DNA of 64,000 nucleotides from a virus (lineage: Duplodnaviria; Caudoviricetes), in IMG/VR virus record IMGVR_UViG_3300014819_000001, positions 1 to 64,000 of that record. One strand, written 5' to 3'. Positions 1-9,845 of the stretch are shown here, piece by piece. A model generated the notes under the pieces. The model had not been told where the DNA came from and searched no databases. It worked only from the letters and a program-made list of their open reading frames with translations. The stretch's first letter is position 1, and each line of letters opens with the position of its first letter. The position numbers were made by a program, and so were the translations under genes.

Positions 1-1480
1 GGCCACCAGCCCATTTTTTCCATTCACTAAGTATTATCCTCCATACACCAGGATAACTTCCGCTAGCGGCATCTTCAATCATTAGTTCAAGATATTTACG
101 ACCATCAGCATGATAAAATAAAGGCCCGCAGAAGAAATTACATTCCCAATCTTTTTTACCATATTGTCCAAACACATCGGCTTTGACATTCGCACTGGCT
201 AGATCAGTGGTTGCTGATACTCCTTCATCCTCCGCCCAAACTTTTAATTTTACATCAGGGTAAAGACTGTTGAAGGCTTGTTTTACAACTCGAGCCATAT
301 ATCTTGAGGCCTTGGGAGACCAAACATCCATAAGTTTGCTTTCCCATTCTGGACCTGACTCTTGATTAGTGGCCTGTGGGTTCGGACCATCGGCAAAGTT
401 TTCAGTTAATTTAGGTTCTTGGGTTCGTAATTTATAGGCAAGTTTACGGAAAATTTGGTTTTCAATTGCACGTACTCTGTCTATACTGACACCAAACTCA
501 GCAGCTATTTCATCAAGAGTTAGATCATCAAAATATCTAAGTTTTATTAGAAGTTTTTCTCTATCGGAAAAATTGTCTATATGCTGTAGTAGTTTTTTTA
601 TATCAATTTGATCAGTATTCAATTCATAAGATCCTGAATCACGATTCGTGTATCTTCTAGCATTATCAACTGGATCAGGTTCTAGAGTTGGCATTCTTTT
701 TCCTCTATAAGTAGGACCATCATACCTATATTTGGAAATCTGTTGATTAGGATGAGCTTCAGTTAGTTTGGTCAAGTCTAACATTTGACGCAGACCAGGC
801 TTGATAGTGGTGGCTCTCAACTTTTTAGTATCTATTTCTTGATCCTGATATCCTTGGATCTTACTGATATTATTAACCACCCACTGCCATGCTTCTTCAT
901 CTGATTTAGCATGAAGTTTTATACTAGGCAAGTTAGGATCTTCTATGTGATAAACATAAAGTATAGGCTTGAACGCACTGTGTTGTGGTTTATTCACATC
1001 TTTATATTGTTTAGGAGCAGGACCTTTGGCTATGACAAAATTAAAATCAAGAGCATCAAGATAATCTATATAACGCTTCTGCATCTCATCGTAGGGAACC
1101 ACATGCCATCCAAACTTGGCTGCTACACGCTTACTTATTGTATCATACATACGAGCACGACTGGGTTCTTTGGCTGTGAATATAATAGTTTCTACATTAT
1201 CTTCCATGTCTCTAACATAGTCTGTTATAGCATTGATCACTGTGGCAAATATTACACTGACATTGCCTCTACCAGTTAGATTAAAATCATCATTTAGCGA
1301 GAAGAAAACCTCAGCAACACCATCACCTACTTCAGTAAATTTTATGCGTAAAACATCGCTTGGATGTCCAGGACGAGCAGGTAGCACAGCTTTGGCTTGT
1401 TGTTCTTCACCATAGCCATCCCACTCTAATTCTAATGGTTCAGTATTGAATAACTCTGTGATAAACTCTCGCGATCTCAT
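1..1480 (-). CDS. Large multidomain (polyvalent-type) virion-internal protein containing a sigma-70 region-4-like HTH; runs off the window edge
   Basis: Not in the ORF track. Hand translation from the ATG at 1480 (MRSREFITELF...) stays open to position 2. Contains ...FSDREKLLIKLRYFDDLTLDEIAAEFGVSIDRVRAIENQIFRKL (about 430-600) and the linkers LTKLTE and PKLTENFADG. Confidence 0.8.
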   Translation of the reverse strand, partial: MRSREFITELFNTEPLELEWDGYGEEQQAKAVLPARPGHPSDVLRIKFTEVGDGVAEVFFSLNDDFNLTGRGNVSVIFATVINAITDYVRDMEDNVETIIFTAKEPSRARMYDTISKRVAAKFGWHVVPYDEMQKRYIDYLDALDFNFVIAKGPAPKQYKDVNKPQHSAFKPILYVYHIEDPNLPSIKLHAKSDEEAWQWVVNNISKIQGYQDQEIDTKKLRATTIKPGLRQMLDLTKLTEAHPNQQISKYRYDGPTYRGKRMPTLEPDPVDNARRYTNRDSGSYELNTDQIDIKKLLQHIDNFSDREKLLIKLRYFDDLTLDEIAAEFGVSIDRVRAIENQIFRKLAYKLRTQEPKLTENFADGPNPQATNQESGPEWESKLMDVWSPKASRYMARVVKQAFNSLYPDVKLKVWAEDEGVSATTDLASANVKADVFGQYGKKDWECNFFCGPLFYHADGRKYLELMIEDAASGSYPGVWRIILSEWKKWAGG

Positions 1481-2343
1481 TGCTTGGGACTCCACTTGGC
1501 TTTCAATTTATTTACTAAATCCACCACTGTATTCATTCTATTGGCCTGCATATAGTTAATGATCTTAACTACATCACCACGATCTTGGCTGTTGGGCTTT
1601 CTTGAATTACTCATATCCACACTTAATATTTCTGCATTGAGTGAAGGATCTCTATAGGCCACATTATAACGTAGCTTATCCGCTTCTGGGCTGAGTTGGC
1701 TTTGGTTTTTGGCCTTGATAAGTTCAATCCAAGGCAGTAAGGATCTATCCTCACGTTTTACAGGATAGGTTATTCCAGTTCTTTCTTGTCCAACTAGAAT
1801 ACTAACATCGCCCTGTAGCCTATCATTACCTTGACGCCAGGCCTTGTCATCAGTAAAAAACCTAGTAGGGATGCCCTGTGTCTTACCCATTAATAATAAC
1901 TTTCTGGCCCTAGCCTTGATCTCGGGAAATATTTTTTCTTTAGCATCTACCCATACATCCATACTGACTATGGCAGCAGGTATGGTATTGTCTTTACTGA
2001 ATATACGATCTTCTGCTTCGCTGACCCTACCATGTAGATCATCGGGGCTTCTTCGCTTATAGTAATCGACTGGCCCGCCTGGATACCTTTTGTTATAGTA
2101 GTCACCATCTAATTCAAATAACACAGCGTCACCACTTACACCAGTATGGTATCCACCAAATCTTGTTCTTGTGGTGCTGAGGAAATAGGGATAGCCTTTT
2201 GGGGCATAGTGTGATTCTGCATCGTCACCCACAGTGCTGGCCAGTTCAAACTCACCACTCGTTAATATTTTTAAGGCAATATGAACTCTCGTATAGTGAA
2301 ATATACGACTACTTACGGCTTCATAAATTTCAATATATCTCAC
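1477..2343 (-). CDS. Putative ADP-ribosyltransferase-fold virion protein
   Basis: FHYT...ILTSG, FLSTTR and EAEDR occur in ART-like order; N-terminus MRYIEIYE. Confidence 0.45.
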   Translation of the reverse strand: MRYIEIYEAVSSRIFHYTRVHIALKILTSGEFELASTVGDDAESHYAPKGYPYFLSTTRTRFGGYHTGVSGDAVLFELDGDYYNKRYPGGPVDYYKRRSPDDLHGRVSEAEDRIFSKDNTIPAAIVSMDVWVDAKEKIFPEIKARARKLLLMGKTQGIPTRFFTDDKAWRQGNDRLQGDVSILVGQERTGITYPVKREDRSLLPWIELIKAKNQSQLSPEADKLRYNVAYRDPSLNAEILSVDMSNSRKPNSQDRGDVVKIINYMQANRMNTVVDLVNKLKAKWSPKQ

Positions 2344-2352
2344 TATTCTATG

Positions 2353-2943
2353 CTATTCCGCTGGTTCTTTAAGATTTTTTATATGCGTATAGACTTTATC
2401 TAATTGTTCTTGATCGAGATCGTCTAAATGCTCTTTGCCTGTTAGTCGTTTGGTCATGCGTAGGAAACTGGGTTCGTCATCCCATGGTATACCTTTACGA
2501 TCTGCCAAGTCATGTATCATATTCTTTGTAGTTGATTCGGCTAGTAGAGCAGCATGTTGAAATAGTTCTGGATTCATCTTACCCCATAGTCTCATTATAA
2601 CTGCTGCTTTGGCATTGGCTTCGTTTTCATGTTCGCTACCATCTTCACCACTGTCTGATCTGAGTACGCCCATGGTGTCTTGTTTATAATGTACTAGTTC
2701 GTGTGCTAAGGTGCGTAGTACATCCATTATGTGTCGATTGCCTACATTGAGCTCAATACGCCCGCCCATATATCCACCAAAACTACGACGTGAAGCAGCC
2801 AGTTTTGGATCTGTGTGTAGTTTGATATTAGGTAAAGAATCTAATCCGATACGACGACTGGCAAACTTTAGAAAGTTTTGTATTATTTCTTTTGTAGCAC
2901 TATCTATATTAGACTTTTTTTCTTTAAGCTCGGTAAACTTCAT
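2353..2943 (-). CDS. Zincin-like metallopeptidase domain protein
   Basis: TLAHELVH (HExxH) followed by ENEANA; N-terminus MKFTELKE. Confidence 0.7.
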   Translation of the reverse strand: MKFTELKEKKSNIDSATKEIIQNFLKFASRRIGLDSLPNIKLHTDPKLAASRRSFGGYMGGRIELNVGNRHIMDVLRTLAHELVHYKQDTMGVLRSDSGEDGSEHENEANAKAAVIMRLWGKMNPELFQHAALLAESTTKNMIHDLADRKGIPWDDEPSFLRMTKRLTGKEHLDDLDQEQLDKVYTHIKNLKEPAE

Positions 2944-3143
2944 AGGAACCTTTTATGTTTGTTTTGTTCAATATACTCTTGATGTCGACGAGCTCTACAA
3001 TTATCACAATCACATACAGTACATTCACAATCGCGACATTTTTCTTTGCTGCAATGATGTGCGTGTCCACATGTATGGCAGGGAGTAAACAAGCGTTTCA
3101 TTTCCCCTCCATCTAGTAAATCCATAAAAGTAAAATTTGTCAT
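2940..3143 (-). CDS. Small Cys-rich metal-binding protein
   Basis: CHTCGHAHHC...CRDCECTVCDCDNC; stop overlaps the next gene's start. Confidence 0.55.
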   Translation of the reverse strand: MTNFTFMDLLDGGEMKRLFTPCHTCGHAHHCSKEKCRDCECTVCDCDNCRARRHQEYIEQNKHKRFL

Positions 3144-3145
3144 TT

Positions 3146-4162
3146 TTAAGATAACTCTTTAATAGTAAAGGCGAACCATACGTCCAGTTCAGTGCCATTA
3201 TCCACACGCTTCATACATAGTGTCAGCATATTTGGTGTGGCTCCTCCGTATAGACTTGCTGGTCCTTCATCGCCACTGGAGTTTTTACCAATGATGATAC
3301 CACTGTGTCGCATATGGGTTCCTGTTGGTACTGTGAATGTGTTGCCTTGATTGCTGGAGTATTGATCCTGATAGATTCTATACTGTATCTTTGTACCAAG
3401 ATTGGTCCACGCAGGTATGGCTGCTCCTGATATCGTCAGCGGGCCTTCATACCATTCATATATGATAGTGCTTTGGTTGGCGTTGTTATTGCCGATTTCG
3501 TATTCTATGATTTTAATAATATCTGCTGTGGTAGTGCCTGTGTCTTTAACACGAACGCTGACCACTGGTCTCATGGTATCATCCATTACCCATCCACGAT
3601 GCACTGCGGCGGCGTGATTATTAAAGGAAAAGTTTAATCCGGCGTCTTCATTAACTATTACACTAACTACATCTGTTATACTAGTATTGACTGTACCTGT
3701 TATTGCTATAGGATTTCCTAAATCATTTTTAATTTCAACTTCTGGTATTGTACCAATATTCACTGTACCGCTTACTGGCTGTGTTGTTGGCCAAAATGTA
3801 CCAGTAACTGCTTGACTAGCAGGAAAGTTGGACACTGATACTGAACCATCTACAGTAAGACTACTACCATTGTCTGTTACCGCTAAAGGTTGATTTACTG
3901 TAACTGTACCACCTACAGGCATATACGGTACATTTAATACACCACTGGTTCCTATTTCTGTAATATGAGTGTGAATCGGGTCTTCGGGTGTTGAATTGAC
4001 TGTGACTGTTCCTGGAACATTGACATTTCCTGTTATTACAACATCTCCATCAAAAGTACTGTTTACTCTAATTTCAGGTTTGCCATCATTTCTATATTGC
4101 ATGGATTGAGTAAGATCATTTAATCTATAATCTTTACTATCGTGTTCATAATCACTGGACAT
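3146..4162 (-). CDS. Putative structural/fibre-like protein
   Basis: Val/Thr/Gly/Asn-rich beta-repeat segments (VSNFPASQAVTGTF, VSGTVNIG). Confidence 0.5.
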   Translation of the reverse strand: MSSDYEHDSKDYRLNDLTQSMQYRNDGKPEIRVNSTFDGDVVITGNVNVPGTVTVNSTPEDPIHTHITEIGTSGVLNVPYMPVGGTVTVNQPLAVTDNGSSLTVDGSVSVSNFPASQAVTGTFWPTTQPVSGTVNIGTIPEVEIKNDLGNPIAITGTVNTSITDVVSVIVNEDAGLNFSFNNHAAAVHRGWVMDDTMRPVVSVRVKDTGTTTADIIKIIEYEIGNNNANQSTIIYEWYEGPLTISGAAIPAWTNLGTKIQYRIYQDQYSSNQGNTFTVPTGTHMRHSGIIIGKNSSGDEGPASLYGGATPNMLTLCMKRVDNGTELDVWFAFTIKELS

Positions 4163-4163
4163 T

Positions 4164-4373
4164 TTAATCTCCTATCCATGGTCTACCATCTTGTAGTCCA
4201 CCTATATTAGGATTATCTACAATATTGTTATCATCATATTTGGTAGGTAATAGATTGATATCATACGTGGTTCTAGGATAGCCCTGTGCGATTCTACGTT
4301 GAGCAGCCAAGTTTAACTTAGCGATTTGACGCTGTTCTTTAGTGGGTAGTGTGCTGATTCCGTTTTGAGCCAT
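4164..4373 (-). CDS. Small hypothetical phage protein
   Basis: 69 aa, GGAG RBS, downstream of a late-type promoter. Confidence 0.7.
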   Translation of the reverse strand: MAQNGISTLPTKEQRQIAKLNLAAQRRIAQGYPRTTYDINLLPTKYDDNNIVDNPNIGGLQDGRPWIGD

Positions 4374-4386
4374 AGTTACTCCGTTT

Positions 4387-4410
4387 TGAATATTTATCGA
4401 TAAATATTCA
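4387..4410. promoter_or_regulatory. 24-bp perfect palindrome forming back-to-back T4-type late promoters (ATAAATA on both strands)
   Basis: TGAATATTTATCGATAAATATTCA lies between the divergent starts at 4373(-) and 4415(+). Confidence 0.6.
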
Positions 4411-4414
4411 TACT

Positions 4415-5611
4415 ATGATAGATAAAATTCACTTCAAACGCTTAATCGGCGATCTCAAAGATTCGGGCAAATATCGTGTGTTCAACAATATAGTCCGTGA
4501 AAAAGGTAGTTTTCCGAACGCAATTTGGTATGGTCCATACGCAATCAAGAACATCGTTAACTGGTGCTCTAACGATTACCTCGGAATGGGTCAGCACAAA
4601 GTTGTCATAGACGCAATGCACACTGCACTAGATCAAACTGGTTCAGGGTCAGGTGGTACTAGAAACATCGGCGGGACCAGTACTTATCACGTTGCTTTGG
4701 AAACAGAACTAGCATTCCTACATCGTAAGGATCGTGCTTTATTATTCAGCAGTGCTTATGTGGCTAATGAATGGAGCCTTATAGCATTGAGTAAAATTGT
4801 ACCTAATATACACTTTGTCAGCGACAGTAAAAACCACAATAGTCTAATAGTAGGTATAAGTCATAGTAAGGCTCCAAAGAGTGTGTTTACTCATAATGAT
4901 ATGGAAAATCTTGAAAGCATATTAAAATCAGTTAGAGATGCTGGAGAGACTCCTTGCGTAGTGTTTGAGAGCGTTTATAGTATGGATGGCGATGTTAGCA
5001 CTATGGTAGAAATTTGTGACCTTGCTGACAAATATGAAGCCATTACCTATATTGATGAAGTACATGCAGTTGGCCTATACGGTGAACGCGGTGCAGGTAA
5101 ATTAGAAGAACTTAAACTACAACATCGTGTGGACATTGTAAATGGTACATTGGGCAAGGCCTATGGTGTACAGGGTGGATATATAGCAGCAGATCAAGAA
5201 GTGGTAGATGCTATACGCAGTATAAGTCATGGCTTTATTTTTACAACATCAATGAGTCCTGTTAGTTGTGCTGGTGCATTATCAGCAGTTAAGTATCTTA
5301 AAGAACATAATGAAATAAGAGAAAAGCATCAGGAGCGTGCCAATAGACTAAAAACATTATTAAAACAAAATAATCTTCCACTTATGAATACTAGCACACA
5401 TATTGTGCCTTTACTCGTAGGTAATGCTGTTCGTGCTAAGGCCATGAGCGATGCCCTATTGGAAGATCATAACATATATGTTCAGCCCATAAATTATCCT
5501 ACAGTGGCAGTAGGCACAGAGAGACTACGTTTTGCTCCAACTCCATATCATGATGATGGTATGATGGAGAAGTTAATTATTGGATTGAAGGATGTGTTTA
5601 TTCGGATCTAA
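4415..5611 (+). CDS. hemA: 5-aminolevulinate synthase (PLP-dependent)
   Basis: [44 protein letters not shown] (PLP lysine), QPINYPTV. Confidence 0.92.
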   Translation: MIDKIHFKRLIGDLKDSGKYRVFNNIVREKGSFPNAIWYGPYAIKNIVNWCSNDYLGMGQHKVVIDAMHTALDQTGSGSGGTRNIGGTSTYHVALETELAFLHRKDRALLFSSAYVANEWSLIALSKIVPNIHFVSDSKNHNSLIVGISHSKAPKSVFTHNDMENLESILKSVRDAGETPCVVFESVYSMDGDVSTMVEICDLADKYEAITYIDEVHAVGLYGERGAGKLEELKLQHRVDIVNGTLGKAYGVQGGYIAADQEVVDAIRSISHGFIFTTSMSPVSCAGALSAVKYLKEHNEIREKHQERANRLKTLLKQNNLPLMNTSTHIVPLLVGNAVRAKAMSDALLEDHNIYVQPINYPTVAVGTERLRFAPTPYHDDGMMEKLIIGLKDVFIRI

Positions 5612-6047
5612 GACTTGCACGTAGCATCCAGCGATGTTTGCTATGTGCATCAACCCTTTCAGCAATAAAATTACTAAAGCCATACTCGTTATGGCTTTCG
5701 CTTGTTTGAAACACCATTTTAAGTAATTTAATTAATTTTTCATTATCTTCTAATAACATTGCTACCATTTGTTCTTTAGGTAGTATGCTAGTTTCATCTT
5801 CAATAGTGGTCAACATATTAAATCTTGCTAGACTGGCGGGTACATAAGTTCCCATAGCACGTATTTTTTCAGCAAAGTCATCTATACTAGCATATACTTC
5901 TTCGTATATTTTACCAAACAAATCATGGTATTCTAAAAAGTCTGGGCCCTCTACATTCCAATGAAAGTTATGAGCCTTTAGATAAAAACTAAAGGTGCTG
6001 GCAAATGCTACTTTGGCGGCCTTGTGCAGTTGTTCCATCATTGACAC
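5598..6047 (-). CDS. dps: Dps/ferritin-like protein
   Basis: [11 protein letters not shown]...HDLF...DDFAEKIR ferroxidase signature. Confidence 0.92.
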   Translation of the reverse strand: MSMMEQLHKAAKVAFASTFSFYLKAHNFHWNVEGPDFLEYHDLFGKIYEEVYASIDDFAEKIRAMGTYVPASLARFNMLTTIEDETSILPKEQMVAMLLEDNEKLIKLLKMVFQTSESHNEYGFSNFIAERVDAHSKHRWMLRASLRSE

Positions 6048-6475
6048 CAGCTGGTCTTGGCTTCTCCGTAATATTCACGGGCGAACCCATTCTTGATAAG
6101 TTCAGCTCGTAGGCTAACTCCGTTTAGAATCATATCACCTAATACTCGGCCACCGTATTTGTCCCAGCCATATAGTATGACCTGATGCTTTTGTGTACTG
6201 GCCACGGCCTTTTTAGTGAACTCTGTGGCTGCTAGTCCACGTTGTTTTTCTGATTCACATTTGGCGAGATAATTCTTCTCTGGCGTATCCACACCGTAAA
6301 TACGAACTGCTAGTTCTGGCTTTAATGGTGATGGAAGGAATGGAGCAGCAATAACTACTGTGTCACCATCGCTTACTCTGACGATTTGTGCATCATATGT
6401 AACGCCCTGTGGTTGTTTTTGTGCATAGGCCACGCTAATGAATAATAGTGTTAATAATGTTATAATAGTTTTCAT
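6038..6475 (-). CDS. Thermonuclease (SNase-like) with signal peptide
   Basis: VSDGDT, RIYGVDTPE, DKYGGRVLG; hydrophobic N-terminus. Confidence 0.9.
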   Translation of the reverse strand: MKTIITLLTLLFISVAYAQKQPQGVTYDAQIVRVSDGDTVVIAAPFLPSPLKPELAVRIYGVDTPEKNYLAKCESEKQRGLAATEFTKKAVASTQKHQVILYGWDKYGGRVLGDMILNGVSLRAELIKNGFAREYYGEAKTSWCQ

Positions 6476-6488
6476 AGTATAATATTTA

Positions 6489-6920
6489 TTAAAAATTGTT
6501 ATTGAACCATCCCACTTTCTTACCTTCTGCTATGCGACGATCATGCTCTTCTGGTGTACTGGGCCAACGCCAAGCCCATATGGCCACACATAACATGAAT
6601 ATAGCAGTATATATTATGCCACGAGCAGGTACCCCACCAGTGTACATCAGTATTAGGCTAACACTCATACTAGCCAGCATGAAGAATTTAAGTTTCAATG
6701 GGAACACACGTTTGGTATTCCAATCGTTTAAGAATTTACCGAATATACGATGATTCATTATCCAGTTATACAAGCGTGGACTACTCTTGGCAAAGCAATA
6801 GGCAGCAAATACAATAAACGGACTATAGGGTAATCCTGGAAGGATAACACCCAAGTAAGCTACTCCTAGGCTCATAAAGCCCAATCCCATCCAAAGATAC
6901 CTTTTCATAATCTTCCCCAA
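6489..6920 (-). CDS. ybaN: YbaN/DUF454 inner-membrane protein
   Basis: LGVILPGLPYSPF...CFAKSSPRLYNW..NH..FG. Confidence 0.85.
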   Translation of the reverse strand: MGKIMKRYLWMGLGFMSLGVAYLGVILPGLPYSPFIVFAAYCFAKSSPRLYNWIMNHRIFGKFLNDWNTKRVFPLKLKFFMLASMSVSLILMYTGGVPARGIIYTAIFMLCVAIWAWRWPSTPEEHDRRIAEGKKVGWFNNNF

Positions 6921-7774
6921 CTATTTTTACTTTTACGAGCCTGTAGATCAAATCCATTAGCACATAAATATTTTTGACACATTATTGGATCTGTAGGCCA
7001 ATTAATATCATTAGCAAAAACATTACCAATCTCTCCTCCTTGACTACACCATCCTCTATATACATTACCAAATTTATCTATAACAATTTGGTCTATGCCT
7101 GCCCAGCACATATGACCATGATATTCATTTAACTTATGTATCTTTATATGCTCAATTTGTTGTTCTATTTGATTATCTTCTACGTGTTTATCTTTATAGT
7201 AAAAATTTAATTGTTGTTCTGAATATTCATAATATTGATTATTACCTTTGGTAAAGTTTTTGTAAAGTAATTGTATTTCACAATTATAACCTTTATCTTC
7301 CAAAAGGTTTTTAACCTTAATAATATCGTCCCAATATTTTGGTGTTATAGGCAATTTAATATAAGTTTTAACATTTTTTTCTTTTAAAGTTTCAAGTACA
7401 AAAAACAAGTGTTCTTTTTGTAAAATTTGTTGATGATAACTTATAGTAACAAGATCAAAAAATTCTCCGTATTTGTTCCACCATGAAATCTCTCTTGAAC
7501 CATTTGTATCTATAGATATTTTTTTATTTTTATCTCTAGTAATATTATTAAGTGCCCAATCTAAACCTTTATAGGTTGTAGGCTCACCTCCCAATAGACT
7601 CATTTCAAATGAGTCAAATTTTGTATAGATAGTATCAAAGGCTCTTACAAATATTTGAGGATCAGGTAGAGTGATACTGCCCGACTTTAATATGTCTGGA
7701 CAGTACTCACAATTAAAATTACAATGATTTGTAAAATTCCATTGTATTCTTATTGGTTGATGTAATTCAGCCAA
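6905..7774 (-). CDS. Radical SAM protein with C-terminal SPASM/twitch-like Cys cluster
   Basis: CNFNCEYC, GGEPT, TNGS, CWAG...G.VY.GWC. Confidence 0.9.
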   Translation of the reverse strand: MAELHQPIRIQWNFTNHCNFNCEYCPDILKSGSITLPDPQIFVRAFDTIYTKFDSFEMSLLGGEPTTYKGLDWALNNITRDKNKKISIDTNGSREISWWNKYGEFFDLVTISYHQQILQKEHLFFVLETLKEKNVKTYIKLPITPKYWDDIIKVKNLLEDKGYNCEIQLLYKNFTKGNNQYYEYSEQQLNFYYKDKHVEDNQIEQQIEHIKIHKLNEYHGHMCWAGIDQIVIDKFGNVYRGWCSQGGEIGNVFANDINWPTDPIMCQKYLCANGFDLQARKSKNSWGRL

Positions 7775-8262
7775 TTTGGATGCCTAACATTGAATGGTAT
7801 ATTCCTTCTTTTATTTACCAACTCAAAGTAAGCAGGTTTGTATGGCTTAATCTTTGGCTTCATCCTAGTATCACTACCCTTAGCTGCATTACAGGGCGTA
7901 CAGGCTGTGACTGTATTATCAAATACAGTACGTCCACCTTGACTCACTGGCTGTACATGATCCAATGTACAATCCTTTTTCTGTAGGCTTTTACCACAAT
8001 ATTGACAAACATAATTGTCCCGTAAGAATACATTGCCCTTGCTGAAACGAACAGTTTGTTTGGGTTTCATGTATTCTCTCAACATGATAATACTGGGTAC
8101 AAAAGTTTTCCAATTCACACTGCGTACGATCCAGTTGTCATGCCACTCAATCACACTGGCCTTATCTAGTACCATATAGCGTATTGACTCCTGCCAGTTA
8201 ATAGTACTGAGTGGGAGATAGTTTAAGGGTAATCCATCTGCGTTTAATACTAGTGTGTCCAT
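7750..8262 (-). CDS. HNH endonuclease (McrA-like)
   Basis: RDNYVCQYCG...TLDHVQP...N.VTAC..CN..KG. Confidence 0.9.
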   Translation of the reverse strand: MDTLVLNADGLPLNYLPLSTINWQESIRYMVLDKASVIEWHDNWIVRSVNWKTFVPSIIMLREYMKPKQTVRFSKGNVFLRDNYVCQYCGKSLQKKDCTLDHVQPVSQGGRTVFDNTVTACTPCNAAKGSDTRMKPKIKPYKPAYFELVNKRRNIPFNVRHPNWLNYINQ

Positions 8263-8316
8263 TTTGCATACTCAAAAATTTTTTGACTGTTCTACTATAC
8301 TACCAAAACTAAATTA

Positions 8317-8865
8317 TTAGAAGATTGATTGGACAAAATCGTTGCTGCTCTTTTCTACACTTTGAAGCCATTGATCCTTTAGGTCATGATTGAATACTAG
8401 ATTATAATCAGCACTGGCTATTAGCCAACTTGCATTACGATCTCTTGGTGGTGTGCCATCATACTCATCTTGTAGTTGATCAGGATTCCATCCACATAAT
8501 CCTAAAAATAATCTAAAATGTTTAGGGGCATCGCCATCGCCTAACCTTGGCAATAGGTCATCACTACTGCTTAGACAGAACTCGTTATTGACCTGCATGG
8601 TATTACTGCCTTGCCATTCACTACTATGCAGCATGGTTAATGCCTTTATATTTACTGGGCCACCTACATATATAAATCCTGGTATGTTGAGTCTTTCACC
8701 AATTTGTTCAGTAAAGTCTGAAATAGTAACACTGCTGCGTTTATTAAGTATCAGTCCCATACTACCATTTATATGATCCTCTGTGATAAAAATAACACTT
8801 TTGTACCAAAAACCCGTTTTCATTTTTGGTGGGGCAATAAGTAATTTTCCTGTAAAATTCATCAT
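8317..8865 (-). CDS. YqgE/AlgH family protein
   Basis: GKLLIA.P, SVIFI, GLILN, GGPV, LGLCGW...QL..E. Confidence 0.85.
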   Translation of the reverse strand: MMNFTGKLLIAPPKMKTGFWYKSVIFITEDHINGSMGLILNKRSSVTISDFTEQIGERLNIPGFIYVGGPVNIKALTMLHSSEWQGSNTMQVNNEFCLSSSDDLLPRLGDGDAPKHFRLFLGLCGWNPDQLQDEYDGTPPRDRNASWLIASADYNLVFNHDLKDQWLQSVEKSSNDFVQSIF

Positions 8866-9602
8866 GTGTATTTTGGAGTTGCTGCCTTTGCATAAGCTAT
8901 ACGACGACCAGTATGTTCTCCACTGCTTCTTTCATAGTATTTGTCAAAAATCATAGCTGCTTCTTCTGGTGTCCTTGCTGTACTTAGCATCTGTCCTGCT
9001 CTACGTTCTGTATTTTGTAATTCCCAATGAATAAATGCTAATTGCTCATCTAATGTACTTTGTCTGATATCTTTCTTAAAGATACGTCTAAAGTTTGCTT
9101 GTCTAGGTAGATGCCATTGAGCTATTCCGTAGGCTTTACCACTATCACCTACAGCTCTATGATTAAGATGTACTCCACTTTCAGCCTTGAGATTACCTAC
9201 TATACCTGCCGCTTGAGCAGGAGTATAGCCTTTGTTAATAAAATATCTAGTGGCATATTTGGCAACGGCTGTGGTCTTACCTGCACTAGGAACATGTTTG
9301 ACATTCATAACGCCGTTATTAGGTTTAACATCAGCCTGTGTGCTCTGTGGTAAGTTTATGCCCTTATCCTTCAACATACTGTTGATAATGTTGATCATTT
9401 CTGTATCAGGACTACCATTGATAGTTAACTTATGATCTTTCTCAAATTGAGCAATTACTTTTTTAATTTCTGTATTAGCAATACCGTCAATACCAAATTG
9501 ATTAAGTTTGTATCCGAGTGCAGATAGTGCTTTTTGTAAGTCTGCCCATTCTGGTCCACGACTACCTCTGGGTACGCTAATATCAAATTCTTTAAGACGC
9601 AT
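8862..9602 (-). CDS. Peptidoglycan-binding domain plus phage tail-type lysozyme
   Basis: LQKALSALGY...DGI (PG-binding); AAGIVGNLKAESG...GIAQW...QLAFI..EL...YER. Confidence 0.85.
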   Translation of the reverse strand: MRLKEFDISVPRGSRGPEWADLQKALSALGYKLNQFGIDGIANTEIKKVIAQFEKDHKLTINGSPDTEMINIINSMLKDKGINLPQSTQADVKPNNGVMNVKHVPSAGKTTAVAKYATRYFINKGYTPAQAAGIVGNLKAESGVHLNHRAVGDSGKAYGIAQWHLPRQANFRRIFKKDIRQSTLDEQLAFIHWELQNTERRAGQMLSTARTPEEAAMIFDKYYERSSGEHTGRRIAYAKAATPKYT

Positions 9603-9841
9603 TAGCCATTACCTTTCCATACTGGTAATGGGCCTCCGTAATTGCCACCTTTGACTTTTTTGCCTTTGATCTTTTGACGCTTTTTGTTTATGGTAAATTT
9701 CTTTTCAGTGTCTCTAGAACGAAAGCCTTGACTCTTACAGCTACTCAATTGGCTGGCACCCAACTCACTATCTGGTTTTGTACTCTTGCATAGTTCTCTA
9801 CTGGCCTTGCCTGATTCTAAGATAATTTCATGAATCTTCAT
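9602..9841 (-). CDS. Small basic protein with capsid-targeting-like N-terminus
   Basis: MKIHEIILE start; Lys-rich. Confidence 0.6.
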   Translation of the reverse strand: MKIHEIILESGKASRELCKSTKPDSELGASQLSSCKSQGFRSRDTEKKFTINKKRQKIKGKKVKGGNYGGPLPVWKGNG

Positions 9842-9845
9842 GCAA

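Noticed and set aside
911-1415. Plus-strand ORFs 911-1279 and 1233-1415
   Set aside because: They are shadows of the long minus-strand ORF 1-1480.
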